Shown here: positions 26,001 to 38,409 of the stretch, piece by piece
Layout of the letters: each line of letters begins with the position of its first letter
Position numbering within the stretch: the stretch's first letter is position 1
Source: Raillietiella orientalis
Taxonomy: Eukaryota
NCBI GenBank assembly: GCA_036172245.1
Contig: JAYWIR010000147.1
Span: 1-64,000 of the forward strand
Length of the DNA stretch: 64,000 nt
Reading direction: 5' to 3'
Made by a program: the position numbers and the translations under genes
The notes under the pieces: model-generated
What the model saw: only the letters and a program-made list of their open reading frames with translations
Told to the model about the DNA's origin: nothing
Database searches by the model: none

Positions 26001-26500
26001 AGCAGCACCAGGTCGAAGGATGCCAGAGTGGCGGCCACGTCACGCCTCTTGCCGTCGTTGCTTAGCCCGTTGACGTTCTAGCAGGCGATCAGCAGTCGAC
26101 GACGGGAGGCGATTCCCCGCATTATTGCTGATAGGGGGCGCTGCAGCACCTGCCGCGAGGCAGGTGTTGGGGATGTCCATGGGGACGGAGGCCTCTTCAG
26201 GGACCTGGGGCACCTGTTCGGCCTATACCCTCTTCATCCCATCCGTGTCGGAGCGTGGGTTTCTCTCGTGCGACGGGTCCCGGGAAATTTCCACGTTCTA
26301 CGCACTTTCGCTGCCGGAAGCTATCTCTTCCCCTTCGTCGGGGAAGACGATCTTCCTGGGCTTTGTGGACTTTCGTCCTGCCTTTCTGCGGGGTGCAGTG
26401 TAGATGGAAGCTGTGCTTCCGGCCTCTATCTCGGGCGTGGAAAAGGGGAAATCCTGAGGGGAAACCGGACGTTTGACTGCCTTGTTGCCAGCATTGGGTG
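23076..26500 (-). mobile_element. LINE: ORF1 C-terminus, endonuclease and RT N-terminus (24553-26500) fused to a family B 3' part (23076-24552); RT core missing
   Basis: LLQENH, NLYAP, GDFN and SDH endonuclease motifs; LRLITIVNADGK. Jumps from LFHAS directly to post-RT sequence at about 24553. Confidence 0.8.
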
Positions 26501-27001
26501 TTTAAATCCTGCTACGCCCGGGGCGTTTATTTAAAAAACTCTGCATACGCGGTACAAGGCCCTGCTAACGGCCATAAAAACGGGTCCTGCGGGGACGTTG
26601 GGACGCATCCCGGCGTAGCGTTCCTTAGCAGTGAATAGGGATGGGGAGAAAACAAAAAGAAAAATAAAACATAAACAAACAATAACAAGTACGAGAGCAG
26701 GGAAGGGATCACTATTCCCTGTGACGATAGACTTGGTAGATCGGCTTCTGGCGGTACTGAAGCGCCCTCAGGAGGTAGAACATCGTCGTGAAAAGAGGGG
26801 TCGTCAACGCACACCTGCGACTCCGGTGAAATTCGAGTATTCCCACAGGGTGCGGTTGGCGTATAGGCCGATTCGCAGGCAGTTCATAGGATCTTCGCTC
26901 CTCTGGTTCTGCCTGGCCCAGGTGCTAGCAGTTTTCTACAGCCAGGCGGCAAAGTTGGCGGAGCCACAAACCATCCAACCGTTCGCCTTCGCATTGGGAC
27001 A
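26501..27001 (-). mobile_element. Short deleted LINE 3' fragment
   Basis: KANGWMVCGSANFAAWL ORF2 remnant, 3' UTR and 3' motif at 26501-26531. Confidence 0.7.
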
Positions 27002-27679
27002 CGAAGCGTCACGCGAGCGCCTATTCGCCCACTAAATGCACCATTCACTCCGTAGGTGTTGGGCTTTCTCCACATCGCGAAAACGCTAGCGAATTTTTCG
27101 AGTTCAACGTGGATGGCGTTCTCATCCATCGTCACTGTTGTCCCTGTTAGGTGGACCACAATGGAGTGGTCCACCGTGTGTGGGAGTAAATTCCTGCCAT
27201 CAAATTGTACGGGCGTGCAGAGCATCTTGTGGGTAAGAGCTGCATCCTTGCAGATGAGCTCCGCCAACTGCCCTCCGCTCCGTATAAAGAGGCAAAGAAT
27301 TTCATGGTCGGCAATGCCCATCTTTTTGATGGCATTGCCGAACTTTCGCGCCCTTAACGGGGAATATAAATTGCCTACCTTGTACAGGAGGGCCGGATTG
27401 TAGCCCTCCTGCATGTAGGATTGTATTTCGGCGGCGACATCGGGCGTTTCCGCCGCTGCCACCGCGCTCCAGGCCCTCGTCGTAGTGGCGGGTTCAGAAG
27501 TAGTGGTGGGGCGTGATCCCACCTCCTTTGGCTTCGAAGACGCGGTCTTCTTGCCTCCCTTACCTGAACCTGCGGCGTTCACAGGCATTTTAGCCTGTCA
27601 ACGGCAGCGAAACACACACGAAACAACAGACAAAGAAAACTCCCTATGTACGGAGCGCACAACAATTATGTCCGCCGTT
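27002..27679 (-). mobile_element. LINE family F, 5' part (ORF1 ATG 27588, truncated)
   Basis: Near-identical to 46672-47348. Confidence 0.85.
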
Positions 27680-30600
27680 TGTCATCCGGATATGCCGAGG
27701 CATTTATTATTCTGATTTTTTACAAAAATTAGATAATAAAGTCTTTAAAAAATGTTTTCTGTGGCGGAACACTGAGTTCACCCACGCTAAGTTGTACTCG
27801 CTACACGGTCTTTAGACCGGCGAGTTTCTCTTCCCAGGCACTGGGGAAGGGGAAAAGCAAATCAAAAAACAAAAAAGGAAATAACAAGGAGGGAAACTGT
27901 TCTATTGAAAGGTGTCGGGTAGGGAAAGGATCACTGGGCGCCTGATTTGGTCCTCCGCATCCTGTTGAGGATGCAGTCAAGTTCGGATTTTATTGTGAAA
28001 GGAAGACGCCACCTTGCCGCCGTCTCTAAAGAGATCGTCGTACAGTGGATGGCGTCCCTCCATCTTTGCCCTCTTCTTCTTGCGTGCCACCTTTGCACAA
28101 TGCCGTGCACGCAGCAGAGGACTGCTAGAAACGCTACGGAGCGCAGGCCGTAACGCAGAAAGGGGAAACGGTAAATATCCTTAGGGTCGCCTACTGGAAG
28201 ATGGAGGATTGGGTCGATGCGACTCCAGAGTCTATCCAGGGCGACACACTCGAGGGTGAGATGCGGAAAGGGTTCTCTTTCACCGCACTCGACACAGCGG
28301 GCATTCACTTTCCCAAGTGTCCAGTGAGACAGGCGTGCTCTGCTTAACAGCCCCAGTGCAGAAATAGCAACGCCGTCTCCTGCCACTTCAACGGAAGTGT
28401 GCCGCAATTCCAAAACGGTGGGGGCCACTTCACCTCTTCCGGAGGTATTGCGAACAGCTCTCCCCAACGCGCAAGTCCGTAAGGCGGGACGCTCGGGGTG
28501 GCAGCGTCCGTGAGCTCCCGAGTCGTCCACACCTTTAAAAGTTTTTTCCTGCCTCGGATGAGGCAGGACACATCCCACGAAGCCCAATCGTTGCTGCTTC
28601 TAGTGTTTTTCAGGGAGGACAGAACGGGGGCAAGAAGGCTGGAAAAAGCCCACAGAAACTTCCGGGGCGTGTTGATAATCTCCTGCAGCGGCTGTCGAGC
28701 GTATGGTCCTCGTCGTAGACAGTTGTATTCCGCCTCGCTCGTGACGTTGATCTTAGCCCACGCGGAGGCTGACTGCTGAAGCCAGGCAGTGCAGTTTGCG
28801 GGGAGGCAGGATATCCAGGTATTCACCCTCATCAGCGCCACCATCTGGCGCAAATGGTTGCCACAGTTGGAGAAGCTGCGCTGGTAGGTCACGAGGATCG
28901 AGGACAATCCTTCGCAGCCGGTCGCTCTTCTGGCGAGAAGCCGTGCCGTTTTGCACCAAGGCGTCATCCATGAGCTAGCCGCAAGGGCCAACTTCCGAAG
29001 TGAAATTTGCAGGTCGTTGCGCTCCAATGTAAGGAGGCCCAAGCCACCATCCCTGCGTGGAGCGCACAAGTCCTTCAATCGGACTCGCGACCTCGCTGTG
29101 CCCCAAAGGGCAGTCCTCAAGAGGGCTTTGGTCCGTCTCTGTATGATGTGAGAAGCGGGGCAAACAAAAAGTGAGGGGCGAAGGAAAGAGGCCGCGAATG
29201 CGTTCCACACCGCGGCCCGCTCCTGCAAGTAGAACTTGCCGTTCCGGAACGGGCCGATCGCCAACTCCACCTTTTGGAGACGGTCGGACCAGGCTTCTAC
29301 AACGCAGAAGTCCCCCAACGGAACGCCAAGGTACTTGAAGCACCTGCCCGTGGGAATCTCCAAGCGGTTCCAGTCCGGCCGTCCGGCCCACACCGTATTG
29401 TTTGAAAGTAGTGGTGATGTTGGAACGATGGAAGATTTCTCTCTGTTCACCTCGAGGCCCGTCAAGCGGCGCAGCAACTAAAAGAAATCTTCGAGCGCGG
29501 ACTCCGGGGTGGAGCCGGGGAGCAGGAGCAGAAGGTCGTCGGCGTAGGCCGACACGGCTGGCGTGGCGGGACACTAGCTTGGCAGGGTTGCCAGAGTCTC
29601 CCTGTATGCCCTCAGCACCAGCTCGAAGTAGATGTTGAAGAGCAAGGGGCTCAGACTGTCACCCTGCCTTATGCCACGTCGAACCGGCACCCCGTACACG
29701 TGCGGGCAGCTAAAAAAGATGTTCCTTTGAGCAAAGCGGTAGCAGGAGTGCAGGTAAGCCCGGTTGACGGCCGGAAATCCCAAGCGTTCCAGGAGCTCTG
29801 AAGGAGTTCCTGGTCGACGCAATCGAACGCTTTACGGAGATCTACTTCGACCGCAAGGGCACCGGGCGCGTCTCTTCAATGAAGGTCATCCCCTCCCTGG
29901 TCAGAAAAGAATCCAGGATTCTCTTGACCTCCCTGGTCTTCGCTTTGTTGCAACTGCCACCATGTACTGGCGAGGAACCGGTTGGCCTCTATCCTTGGTC
30001 CGGGAAGAGCGTATCTGTGCTCCGGACTCACCACGGATTCCGGCAACCGTTTTAGTCGTTCATCGCGAAGCTTGGGAAGCAACTTCGCATCCGCATTCAC
30101 TACTGTGATAAGACGTCATTTGACTACGTTGCGATTGTCTCCTCCTTTCGGCAGAACACGTACTCTAGCTGACCGGAACGATTTCAGGACGTCCCCTTGT
30201 TCTCGGATCAGCATTCAAAGCCGATGCACCAGGAAAGCAAGCTCCGCCACGAAGCCCTGGTAGAACTCCGCGGTCAGACCGTCTTCTCCTGGTGCTTTTT
30301 TCTTTCTGATCTTTCCGATGGCGGAAAGAATTTCCGCCATTGTAAAAGGCTCCTCCAGATGATGTTTTTGCTCCTCCTGTAACGCGAGGGCGCCTTGCGG
30401 TAGCAAGCGCTGCGCCACGGCGCGCTCTGTTGTTCTACACGCGTACAAGGAGGAGTAATAGTCCCGCAGGATGCGGTTTATTCTCGCCGGAGCTGAGCAT
30501 TCCTGGCCTTGGGCGTCCAGCAAGCTGGCCGACTCGGATTGCCAGGTCTGTCGCTCAGCCCCAGCTTTATTCCTCTCCAGGCTGCGAACGTCGGGATTCC

Positions 30601-30827
30601 TAGAGTGAAGACCGGGTTGATGGTATGCTCGGTCGTTCCTCAGCCCTTCCCGGAAGCCAGGAAGGAGACGGTTGAGGGGAAATTGGTCGCAGGACTCGCG
30701 CACTAAGCTCTTCAAGTCGTCTCAGTCCGCGAGCGACTGCAGATGGAAGCCTTGCAGGAACGAGCGAATATGTTGCTCTGCTGCTGCGAGGTGCAACCAG
30801 TCCTCTGGCAAACGCCACGCTGTGGAG
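27680..30827 (-). mobile_element. LINE 3' part, 3.1 kb (linker, RT, zf-RVT, 3' end), disrupted
   Basis: KAPGEDG, DLRKAFD, GIRQGDSLSPLLF, AYADD and CVECGEREPFPHL motifs. Confidence 0.9.
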
Positions 30828-32180
30828 TTTTCACCCGGTGACGCCGAAACGTTTATTAAAAAACACTTTACATTTGCGGTACTAGGCACCGCTTCGGCCA
30901 ATATTTCATGGGACCTGCCAGGAAGCCGGTTCTGAGGCCAGCTTCTCCTTCTCAACAGCGGAGTGGATAGGGGGTAAAAGAAAAAGAAGTATAAATAAAA
31001 TAACAAAAAGAAACTATTTTGAGGGCCGGGACGGGATCACAGCCCGCTAGAGAAGGGGACCATCCTTTCCAGGATGCCCTCGAGGTCCCTCGTCATAGCT
31101 TCCAGATGGGACCAGCCGATCGCCATTCGCAGGTAGCGATCCGCGTGTACGATGGGGTCCCTGTCGCTGCTTTCTCTGTTGGCTGCGCTCCAGGCGGGTA
31201 CAATCCCTCGGAGACAGCAGAGCGCTGCAAAAGTTGAGGCTAATGGCAGGGCGTCTCGCAAGAAGAGGAGTCTCCGTCTCTGGGGCCGACCGGAATAGGG
31301 AGGGTCGTAGCATAACGTTCTTACAAGGGCCGGAGGACAGCGCAGTACACTAACAGATGGGGGAGGGATTCCTTCTCCCCGCACACTGCACAGTTCTGTC
31401 CCACGTTCCCGAACGTCCAGTTATGGCGGCGCGCGTTACAGGGAAGACCCCAGTGCAACAACAACAGCGCCGTTTTCTGCCACTCGAGGGGGAGGGTGGA
31501 AAAGTCTTTGAACAACGGGGGCCACTCCAGGTCATCCGCCTGGATGCCAAGCAGCTCGCCCCATCTTATTCCATGCGGGTGAACGCTTGGGGTTGCGGCG
31601 TCTGCCAGTTCCCTCATTGTCCACCCGCTTAGATCCTTCTCCTTGCCCGCTATCCGGCAAGAGACTTGCCATCTCGGCTTCCGGCTGTTTTGAAGCGCCC
31701 TTCGTAGGAAGGGCAGCGCCGTGGCCAGTGGAGTCTTCTCCGCCCAAGTGCTTTTGGCGGGACACACGATCATGTTATGCAGCGTGCAGCGGGTGTAGAT
31801 GCCGGTGCGCAGGCGGTTGCAGGATTCTCCACTGATGTGTTTCAACTTTGCCCACGTTCCAACTATTTCTTCCAGCCATGCGCAGGAGTTGGCGGGGCTG
31901 CAGGCCATCCACCCTTTCTCCTTTGCCAGGGTGGCCATGCGTCCCAGAAGAAGTCCGGATCTTCTTATTTTCCGGCCGGGGCACAGAAGAAAAGACGCAA
32001 GTGCTTGAGTCCCGGACACACGTCTGGCAAGAAGGCATGCTGGAACGCAGCAAGGGGTGTTCCACATTTTCGCTGCGATGGCCGAAGTGCGCCACCAAAG
32101 CTGTGTTTCCATTCGCTCCATCGTCAGGACGCTAAGACCTCCGTCCCGACGTGGAACGCACAAATCCTTTAAAGGCACAC
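30828..32180 (-). mobile_element. 5'-truncated LINE 3' part
   Basis: ORF 31321..32178 with CAVCGEKESLPHLL; 3' motif at 30828-30857. Confidence 0.85.
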
Positions 32181-32860
32181 GACACGGGGAAGTGTAGATG
32201 CTGATTGCCCAGACTGTGGGCTAAGAGCAACCTTTCCTCACTTGATCGTCGAGTGCGTTGCCCTTCGCGATATGTGGGACCGACTCTCGTCGTTCTTGAA
32301 CATTCCGCGGGGCGACCCGAAGAACATTTTTCGACTCCTGATGCGGGACGCCTTGCTAGCTTCCGGGTGTGTAGCAGTGCTCTGTTGCATACGCGCAACA
32401 CTGGACAAGTGGACCGCGTCAAGCAGAGGACATGCCAGTCGGAATGCCATCCACTGGGCAACCATCTCCTTGGAGGAGGCCTGCTGTTGGCGCCGACTAA
32501 GAAAACACTTACAGGCACTCGTCCGCATCCGTGACCTATGCAGAGGCCTCCTCACGGCGTACCCTGATTCCTTCCCTTCCCTACCCCCCTTGAAGTACAT
32601 TGCCCTCCCAGGCGTTTTCTTTTTTTTTGTTTATTTTTGGTTTTCCCTTTGCCAGTGTAGAGGACCTTATCGGCCTTAGGGTCGGTAAGGACAAGTGCCT
32701 CAAGACAGTCGGGCCATATGTCCCGACTTGAAAAACAAAAACAACAACTACAACAACAACAAAAAAAAAACAAAAACAAATGATGACTTTATGATGAAAT
32801 TTTTTTTGTTTATTTTGAAAAATTTTAATAATAAGAGCACTGGCTCACCCGGATGAAAAA
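32181..32860 (+). mobile_element. LINE 3' fragment (zf-RVT to 3' end)
   Basis: TRGSVDADCPDC; ORF 32242..32679; variant 3' motif at 32830-32860. Confidence 0.75.
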
Positions 32861-34730
32861 CCTGCGACGGAAGGAGTGAGGCCCACGTTTCCCCAACCCA
32901 TGGAGATGGGGTCATGCCCGACCACAAAATCAGCCCCCGCCACGCCGGCAAGGGCTTGGAATAAAGTGGCCGCGGCGGCTCCGCCGGAAGTGGCTGCAGA
33001 ACTGGAAGCCTACATCAAAGAAGGCTACAACCCAGCCCTGCTGTACAAGGTAGGGAATTTATAGTCACCGCTAACTACGCGGAAATTTGGTAACGCCATC
33101 CGTAGGATGGGCATTACAGAGGAGGAGATTCTGTGCTTCTCGGTACGAAGCGGAGGGGAGTTCGCGGAGCTCATCTGCAGAGATGCAGCGCTCACGCACA
33201 AATTGCGCTGCACGCCCGTTCCCTTTGAAGAAGGGAATCTTTTCGCACACACGGTGGATCATTCGATAGTGATCCACCTAACAGGAACACCGGTGCGGAT
33301 GAGCGACGAAGCTATCTGCACTGAAATTAACAAGTTCGCTGAGATTTACGCGATGTGGAAGAAGCCCAACGCCTCCACATATAGAGGCGCATTAAGTGGG
33401 CGACTTGATGCTCGCGTAACTCTTCGCGAAAACGTTGAAATTCCCAACAAGCTGAGGATTAACGACGAGCTCATTGATCTCTGGTACGTAGGGAAACAAA
33501 AATACTGCGGGCTGTGCAACAAGTTTGGTCATCTCAAAAAGAGATGCCCGGACGCCACATGACCAACGTGCGGCGCTAAGGGTCACACAAGCGTGGTGTG
33601 TCCGAAAAACGCCGCTACAACTTCTGAAACCCCTATTTTAAAAGAAGGGAAGAAGGCAGAGAAAAAATCAAACAGCGACCAACAGCCAAACTCAGAAGAA
33701 GCCGAACAAAACGAACAGGAGACTCAAAAGGAGACTTCTGAACCAACCGTGGGCGACGAAGGCTGGAAACTAGTCGCAACCAAGAAAACCAAAAATCAAA
33801 ATTTGAATAACGAAAAACCAAAAAAACCTTTCAATGAGAACGCGAGCAAACCGAAAAAAACCGTGAACGGAGCAAAAAAAATTACGCCGCGCGAAATCAT
33901 AATGGAATGCCGCGTTAACATCGAGCGCGTTCCGTCGATCGAACGTCGATCGGCAAACGCGACTACCGCAACCGTCGCGAACGCCGCGGAACCGCCGCAG
34001 GAATCTTGCGACAAGAACGCGAGCGGCAGCGACGAGAAAAACTTCGCAAAGGCGGCGGAGGTACTCGCGGCCACCTAAATGCAGCCGCGTAAGGCTGCAA
34101 AGAAGGCCGTGAGACGTCCGGCGGAAGCCAAAGGACCGGAAACTCTCGAGTCTTAGGCGACAGCCGGAAACGCTCCAACCGTCGCCCTCCCGAAAAGGAA
34201 GGCGGGCCGGAAGTCCCGCAACCCTATGCGCGTCGCTTCCACACAGGCTGAGGAAAAGGAAATGCGCTCGGGTAGCGAAGAGGGGATGTCCGCGAGGTCG
34301 CGGGATTCCTCCGTGGAAACCGCCCGGTCCGATCTTCCGATCGACCTCAGTCCGGCTGCCGACGTTCCGGTCGTTGCGGAAACGCCGTCCATGAAGGCGG
34401 ATATCAACCAGCCTCCTCCCGAACAGGAGGCAGCTACACAATCGCCACCACCATCATTAGCATGATGCGTGGAATCGCCTCTTGCTGGCAGCTGCGTATA
34501 TCCTGTTGCAATGTCAACGGGCTGCGTAGCGAAAGCAAGAGGCGTAGCGTGGCCGAAACCCTGCGATTCTTCGACCTGGAACTTCTCCAAGAGGTTCACG
34601 CCCTCAGGGGAGAGGACATCCAGGAGATCGAAAGGCTCACAGGGGGAAGGCTACTCTGGCGATCCGGTGGAGAAAACTCCCGCGGAGTAGCCTTCCTGCT
34701 GAAGCCAGCAGTCGCAAAGGCAGTGCACAG
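32861..34730 (+). mobile_element. LINE family E: ORF1 with premature stops (to 34465) and start of ORF2 (34462)
   Basis: Homologous to 1-1624; NVNGL..LLQEVH endonuclease motifs; ATGATG stop/start overlap. Confidence 0.85.
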
Positions 34731-35339
34731 TTTTCACCCGGTCAAGCCGGGGCATTTATTTAAAAACTAACAGTATTCGCGGTACAAGGCCCCACTACGG
34801 CCAATAGTCCTATGGAGCTGTCTGGTGGTCAGTGCACAGACCGACATAACACTCCACGTCCACGGATGGGGTTAGGGAAAAAACCAAAATAAAAAAAAAT
34901 ACAAAGTAGAAACACTTGTCATTGAGGGGGCCGGGAAAGGTTCACTGTCCGTTTTGTGAAGCTTCCATCCTTTGCAGGATGCCGACAAGGTCCTTCTGCA
35001 GATTTCCCAGGTGGGAACAACGGGATGCTAATCGCAGAAAGCGAGCTGCATACTCCACGGCATTCCTTCTGTTAGCATCCGCTGCTTCATCGGATCCACT
35101 CCAAGCGGCCACAATACCGCGTACGCAGCAGAGAGCTGCTATAACAGCGGCTGGCTGCAGGGCGTCCGGCACGAAGAGGAGCCAAAAAACGTCTCTGGGA
35201 AGACTACCTTCCAAGATCCCTAAGGTGGAACCGAAACGTTCCCACAGGGGCCGGAGGACAGCACACTCAAGTAGAAGGTGCGGGAGGGTTTCCCGCTCCC
35301 CGCACAGGGCACAGTTTTCGTTCACACTTCCTTGTGTCC
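34731..35339 (-). mobile_element. LINE 3' fragment (zf-RVT to 3' end)
   Basis: CALCGERETLPHLLLEC; 3' motif at 34731-34760. Confidence 0.85.
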
Positions 35340-37798
35340 TTCTAGAAAGCGGAGGTGGTTTGGCATTGCTCAGCGATCTGGTTAGCTTGAAGGTTTTCGG
35401 TGGTTTTGTCTGGTGTGTAGGAGCACCGGTGTCCCATGGCAGAAATGCCTGACGACACCGCGATGGAAATTGGGGGAGGAGAGGCGACTTGCTCTCCACC
35501 ACCCATTAAAGTGGGGACGCCCGCTTTCACGGAATCCGGGGCACTTGCACTATCGGAATCGGGAGCAGCCGCCCCTTCGCCACCCTCTCGCCAACGGCGA
35601 GGAGTTGGAGTGCCGTCGTTGCTGCACCATCCCCGGCTGCAGTAGCGGAGCAGACTGCCTACAAGAGCAGTCTGCTCAAACCGTTGCTGATCTATAACGT
35701 AGGCAGTGTGTTGGACGAGAAAATTACACGCTTCTTTGAAATGGAGCTGCAAAGACTGAATGTGAGGGAGCAACACATCGAGGGCATATCCGTCCTTAGT
35801 AGGAGACAGCAAGTTGAGCTGACATGCAAAGAGGCAAGTCTGGCGCAGCGCCTGCTAAACACCCCTATTACGGTGGACGGCCACAGGATATTCCCTGTGA
35901 CGGAGGACCGCACCGTCGTGGTCCACCTCACGGGCGTATCACTCCGAATGAACAAAACCAGCGTCCATGAGGAGTTATTAAAGCACAGTAGAGTGCACGC
36001 GTATTGGGCCAAACCCAAAGTCTCCCAAACGTACGGAAGGCTATTCAGTGGGATGGCCGCTGCCCGCGTCACACAACCGGAGAATGGTGGGTTTCCCCAC
36101 AAACTAAATATCGGCGAAGAAAAACTCGATGGTTCCTACGTGGGAAAGCCCAAATATTGTGGCCATTGCGATGCTACAGGGCCCATAAAAAAACGGTGCC
36201 CTAACATCCAAAGCCACTTATGTGGAAACAAGGGCCACATCCGCAAGGTGTGCCTAAGAAATTCCGTTCCCTCCCGCTACCAAATAGGCAAAAAGGAAAC
36301 GCGCGGGAGAGACGAATACCATGAAGCAGGCCTTAAGGGGTCAGATCCCAGTCGCTAAGGCATCCCAGCAAACGTCGGTTGAGAGCACTCCCGACGACTG
36401 TGGCGAGGGCGAAGGCTGGCAGACGGTACAGCCCAGAAGAAAGCTCTGGAGTCCCGAACGAAGAGCGGGGAAAACAAAAACGCAGCGCGAAAAACCGTGC
36501 CGACGAAGAGCGAGGGGGACGCACCGGCAGCCGAGGGGGAAGCCGGCAGCGTGGGAACGGAGGGAGGAATTTTCCCACCCTCCGCCACCGAGCAGCCGGC
36601 CACCCCAATGAAGGAGGGGGAGCAGGTAGGGCATTGCCTCCCCCTTCCACCGGTGGAGCCTGCGGAGAAGATAGTCATGGAAGAGGGGGAGCAGACAGCT
36701 GAGAACCGCTCCCCCCTGCCGTCCATCGCAGTCGAGAAATCGGCCCACATGGAAGAGGGGAAGCAGGTGCGTGAAGCATGCTCCCTTCAACCGTTGCGTT
36801 CCGCCGAGGAATCGGCCCCCATGGAGGTGGGAGAACCGCTGGGCGGTGCCCCCATGCCTCCATCCGTCCCGCCCGACCAGGTGGCGGGAGCCCCATTGCC
36901 ACTTTCCCAATATTAACACCTGGACTCGCCTGTCGCCGTAGGATCCGCATAGCCTGCTGGAACGTCAACGGGCTGCGCGACGACGGCAACAGGCGGGTTA
37001 CGGCCGACACCCTGCGCGACTTCGACCTGGCGCACCTGCAGGAGATCCACGTGATCAGCGCGGAGAACGCCCAGGAGATCGAGAGGATCGCAGGGGGTCG
37101 TCGGTTTTGGCAATGCGGCGCTCGCAACGCCTGTTGCGTGGCCTTTTTTATGGAGACAGCAGTAGCCGCCTTCGTAAAGGACGTACGCTTCGACAACGAC
37201 AGTCGGGTTGGCCAGCTCATCCTCAGGTGGTCCGACTTGATCGACCTAGTCGTGACCAATGTGTATGCTCCGAGCAGAGGATACGGGTACAGGGAACGTT
37301 CCCGGTTCCTCGAAACCCTGAAGCGCGACTGGCTGACGGATACAAACGTACGCAAAGTGCATCTGATCGGTGGGGATTTCAACATCCGCCTGCTCTCATT
37401 TTTGCCTTGCGGGCAAAAAGACGCAGCCAACGAGCTCTGCGCTGCTATGCGCACGCGTAACTTGTTGGGGGACCTACCGGAAATGGTCTAAAGCGTAGAC
37501 CACGTCTTCCTTGACGCCGACCTGTGCTTACGGGTCGGCAGACGAGGGAAACTTCCGTCGACGCTATCGGACCATTTCCGGTTGATATTCGAGGTTATGC
37601 CTCGCGACGAAGGACCACCATCCAGGGCGTGGCGTCTGCCCGGGGACAGGATGCGCATCTTAGGTGCGGCGGAACATCTTTGCCAAGTACTGGGAGGCGT
37701 CATCCTCCGGAATCTCCAAGACTGGGACCGCATGAAGGCCTCGGTCCGCGATTTCTGCGAGAAGTTTCCTGACCACCGCCTGCCCCGGGGATTTGGTG
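35340..37798 (+). mobile_element. LINE family A, 5' part: disrupted ORF1 (35436-36916) and APE endonuclease
   Basis: WNVNGL, LQEIH, NVYAP, GDFN and SDH motifs. Confidence 0.9.
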
Positions 37799-38409
37799 TT
37801 GCCACACGGATACGCCCTGTGCGTTTATTGAAACTCTACAAAAACGTGGTACGAGGCCCCACTAACGGCCGCACAACACCGGAACTGCTGGGACGCCGGG
37901 ACGCAGCCCTGCGTGACGCTCTTCGGCAGTGGAGGGGACTTTGGGAGAAAACAAAAAAAGAAAAATAGAATAAAAAAAAACAAAAGTAGTTTGGAGGCAG
38001 GGGAAGGGATCACTATGCACTAGGAGGAGGGCTTATCCTTCGCAGGATGCTCTCTAGGTCCTTCTGCGTTTGTCCCAGATGGGGCCATCTGGCAGCTCTT
38101 CGCATGAAGCCCACAGCATACGGGATGACTTCCCTCTCGTTGGCATCCACTCCTTCGTCGCAAATGTTCCTCAAGGCCGCTACGATGCCCGGATGCAGCA
38201 GAGGGCTGCAAGGGCTGCGGCGGGCTGCAGGGCGTTTCGCACGAAGAGGGACCGAAAAACGTCTCTGGGCGCGCTGCCCATTGGGAGCCCGAGGGTCGTT
38301 TCGAACAGTTCCCACAGGGACCGGATGGCAGCACACTCAACTAGAAGGTGAGGGAGCGATTCCCGCTCCCCACACCTGGCACACTCAGGGCTTACACTTC
38401 ATCGCGTAG
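37799..38409 (-). mobile_element. LINE 3' fragment (zf-RVT to 3' end)
   Basis: CARC zinc-finger remnant, RWPHL..DLESILRRI C-terminus, variant 3' motif at 37799-37829. Confidence 0.8.

Noticed and set aside
35300..35400. Head-to-head junctions explained as twin-priming 5' inversions
   Set aside because: The junctions involve intact 5' termini at a fixed host position, with TSD evidence and different families on either side.
36895..36916. Canonical -1 slippery heptamer at the ORF1/ORF2 junction
   Set aside because: The ORF1-frame codons CTT TCC CAA do not fit X XXY YYZ.
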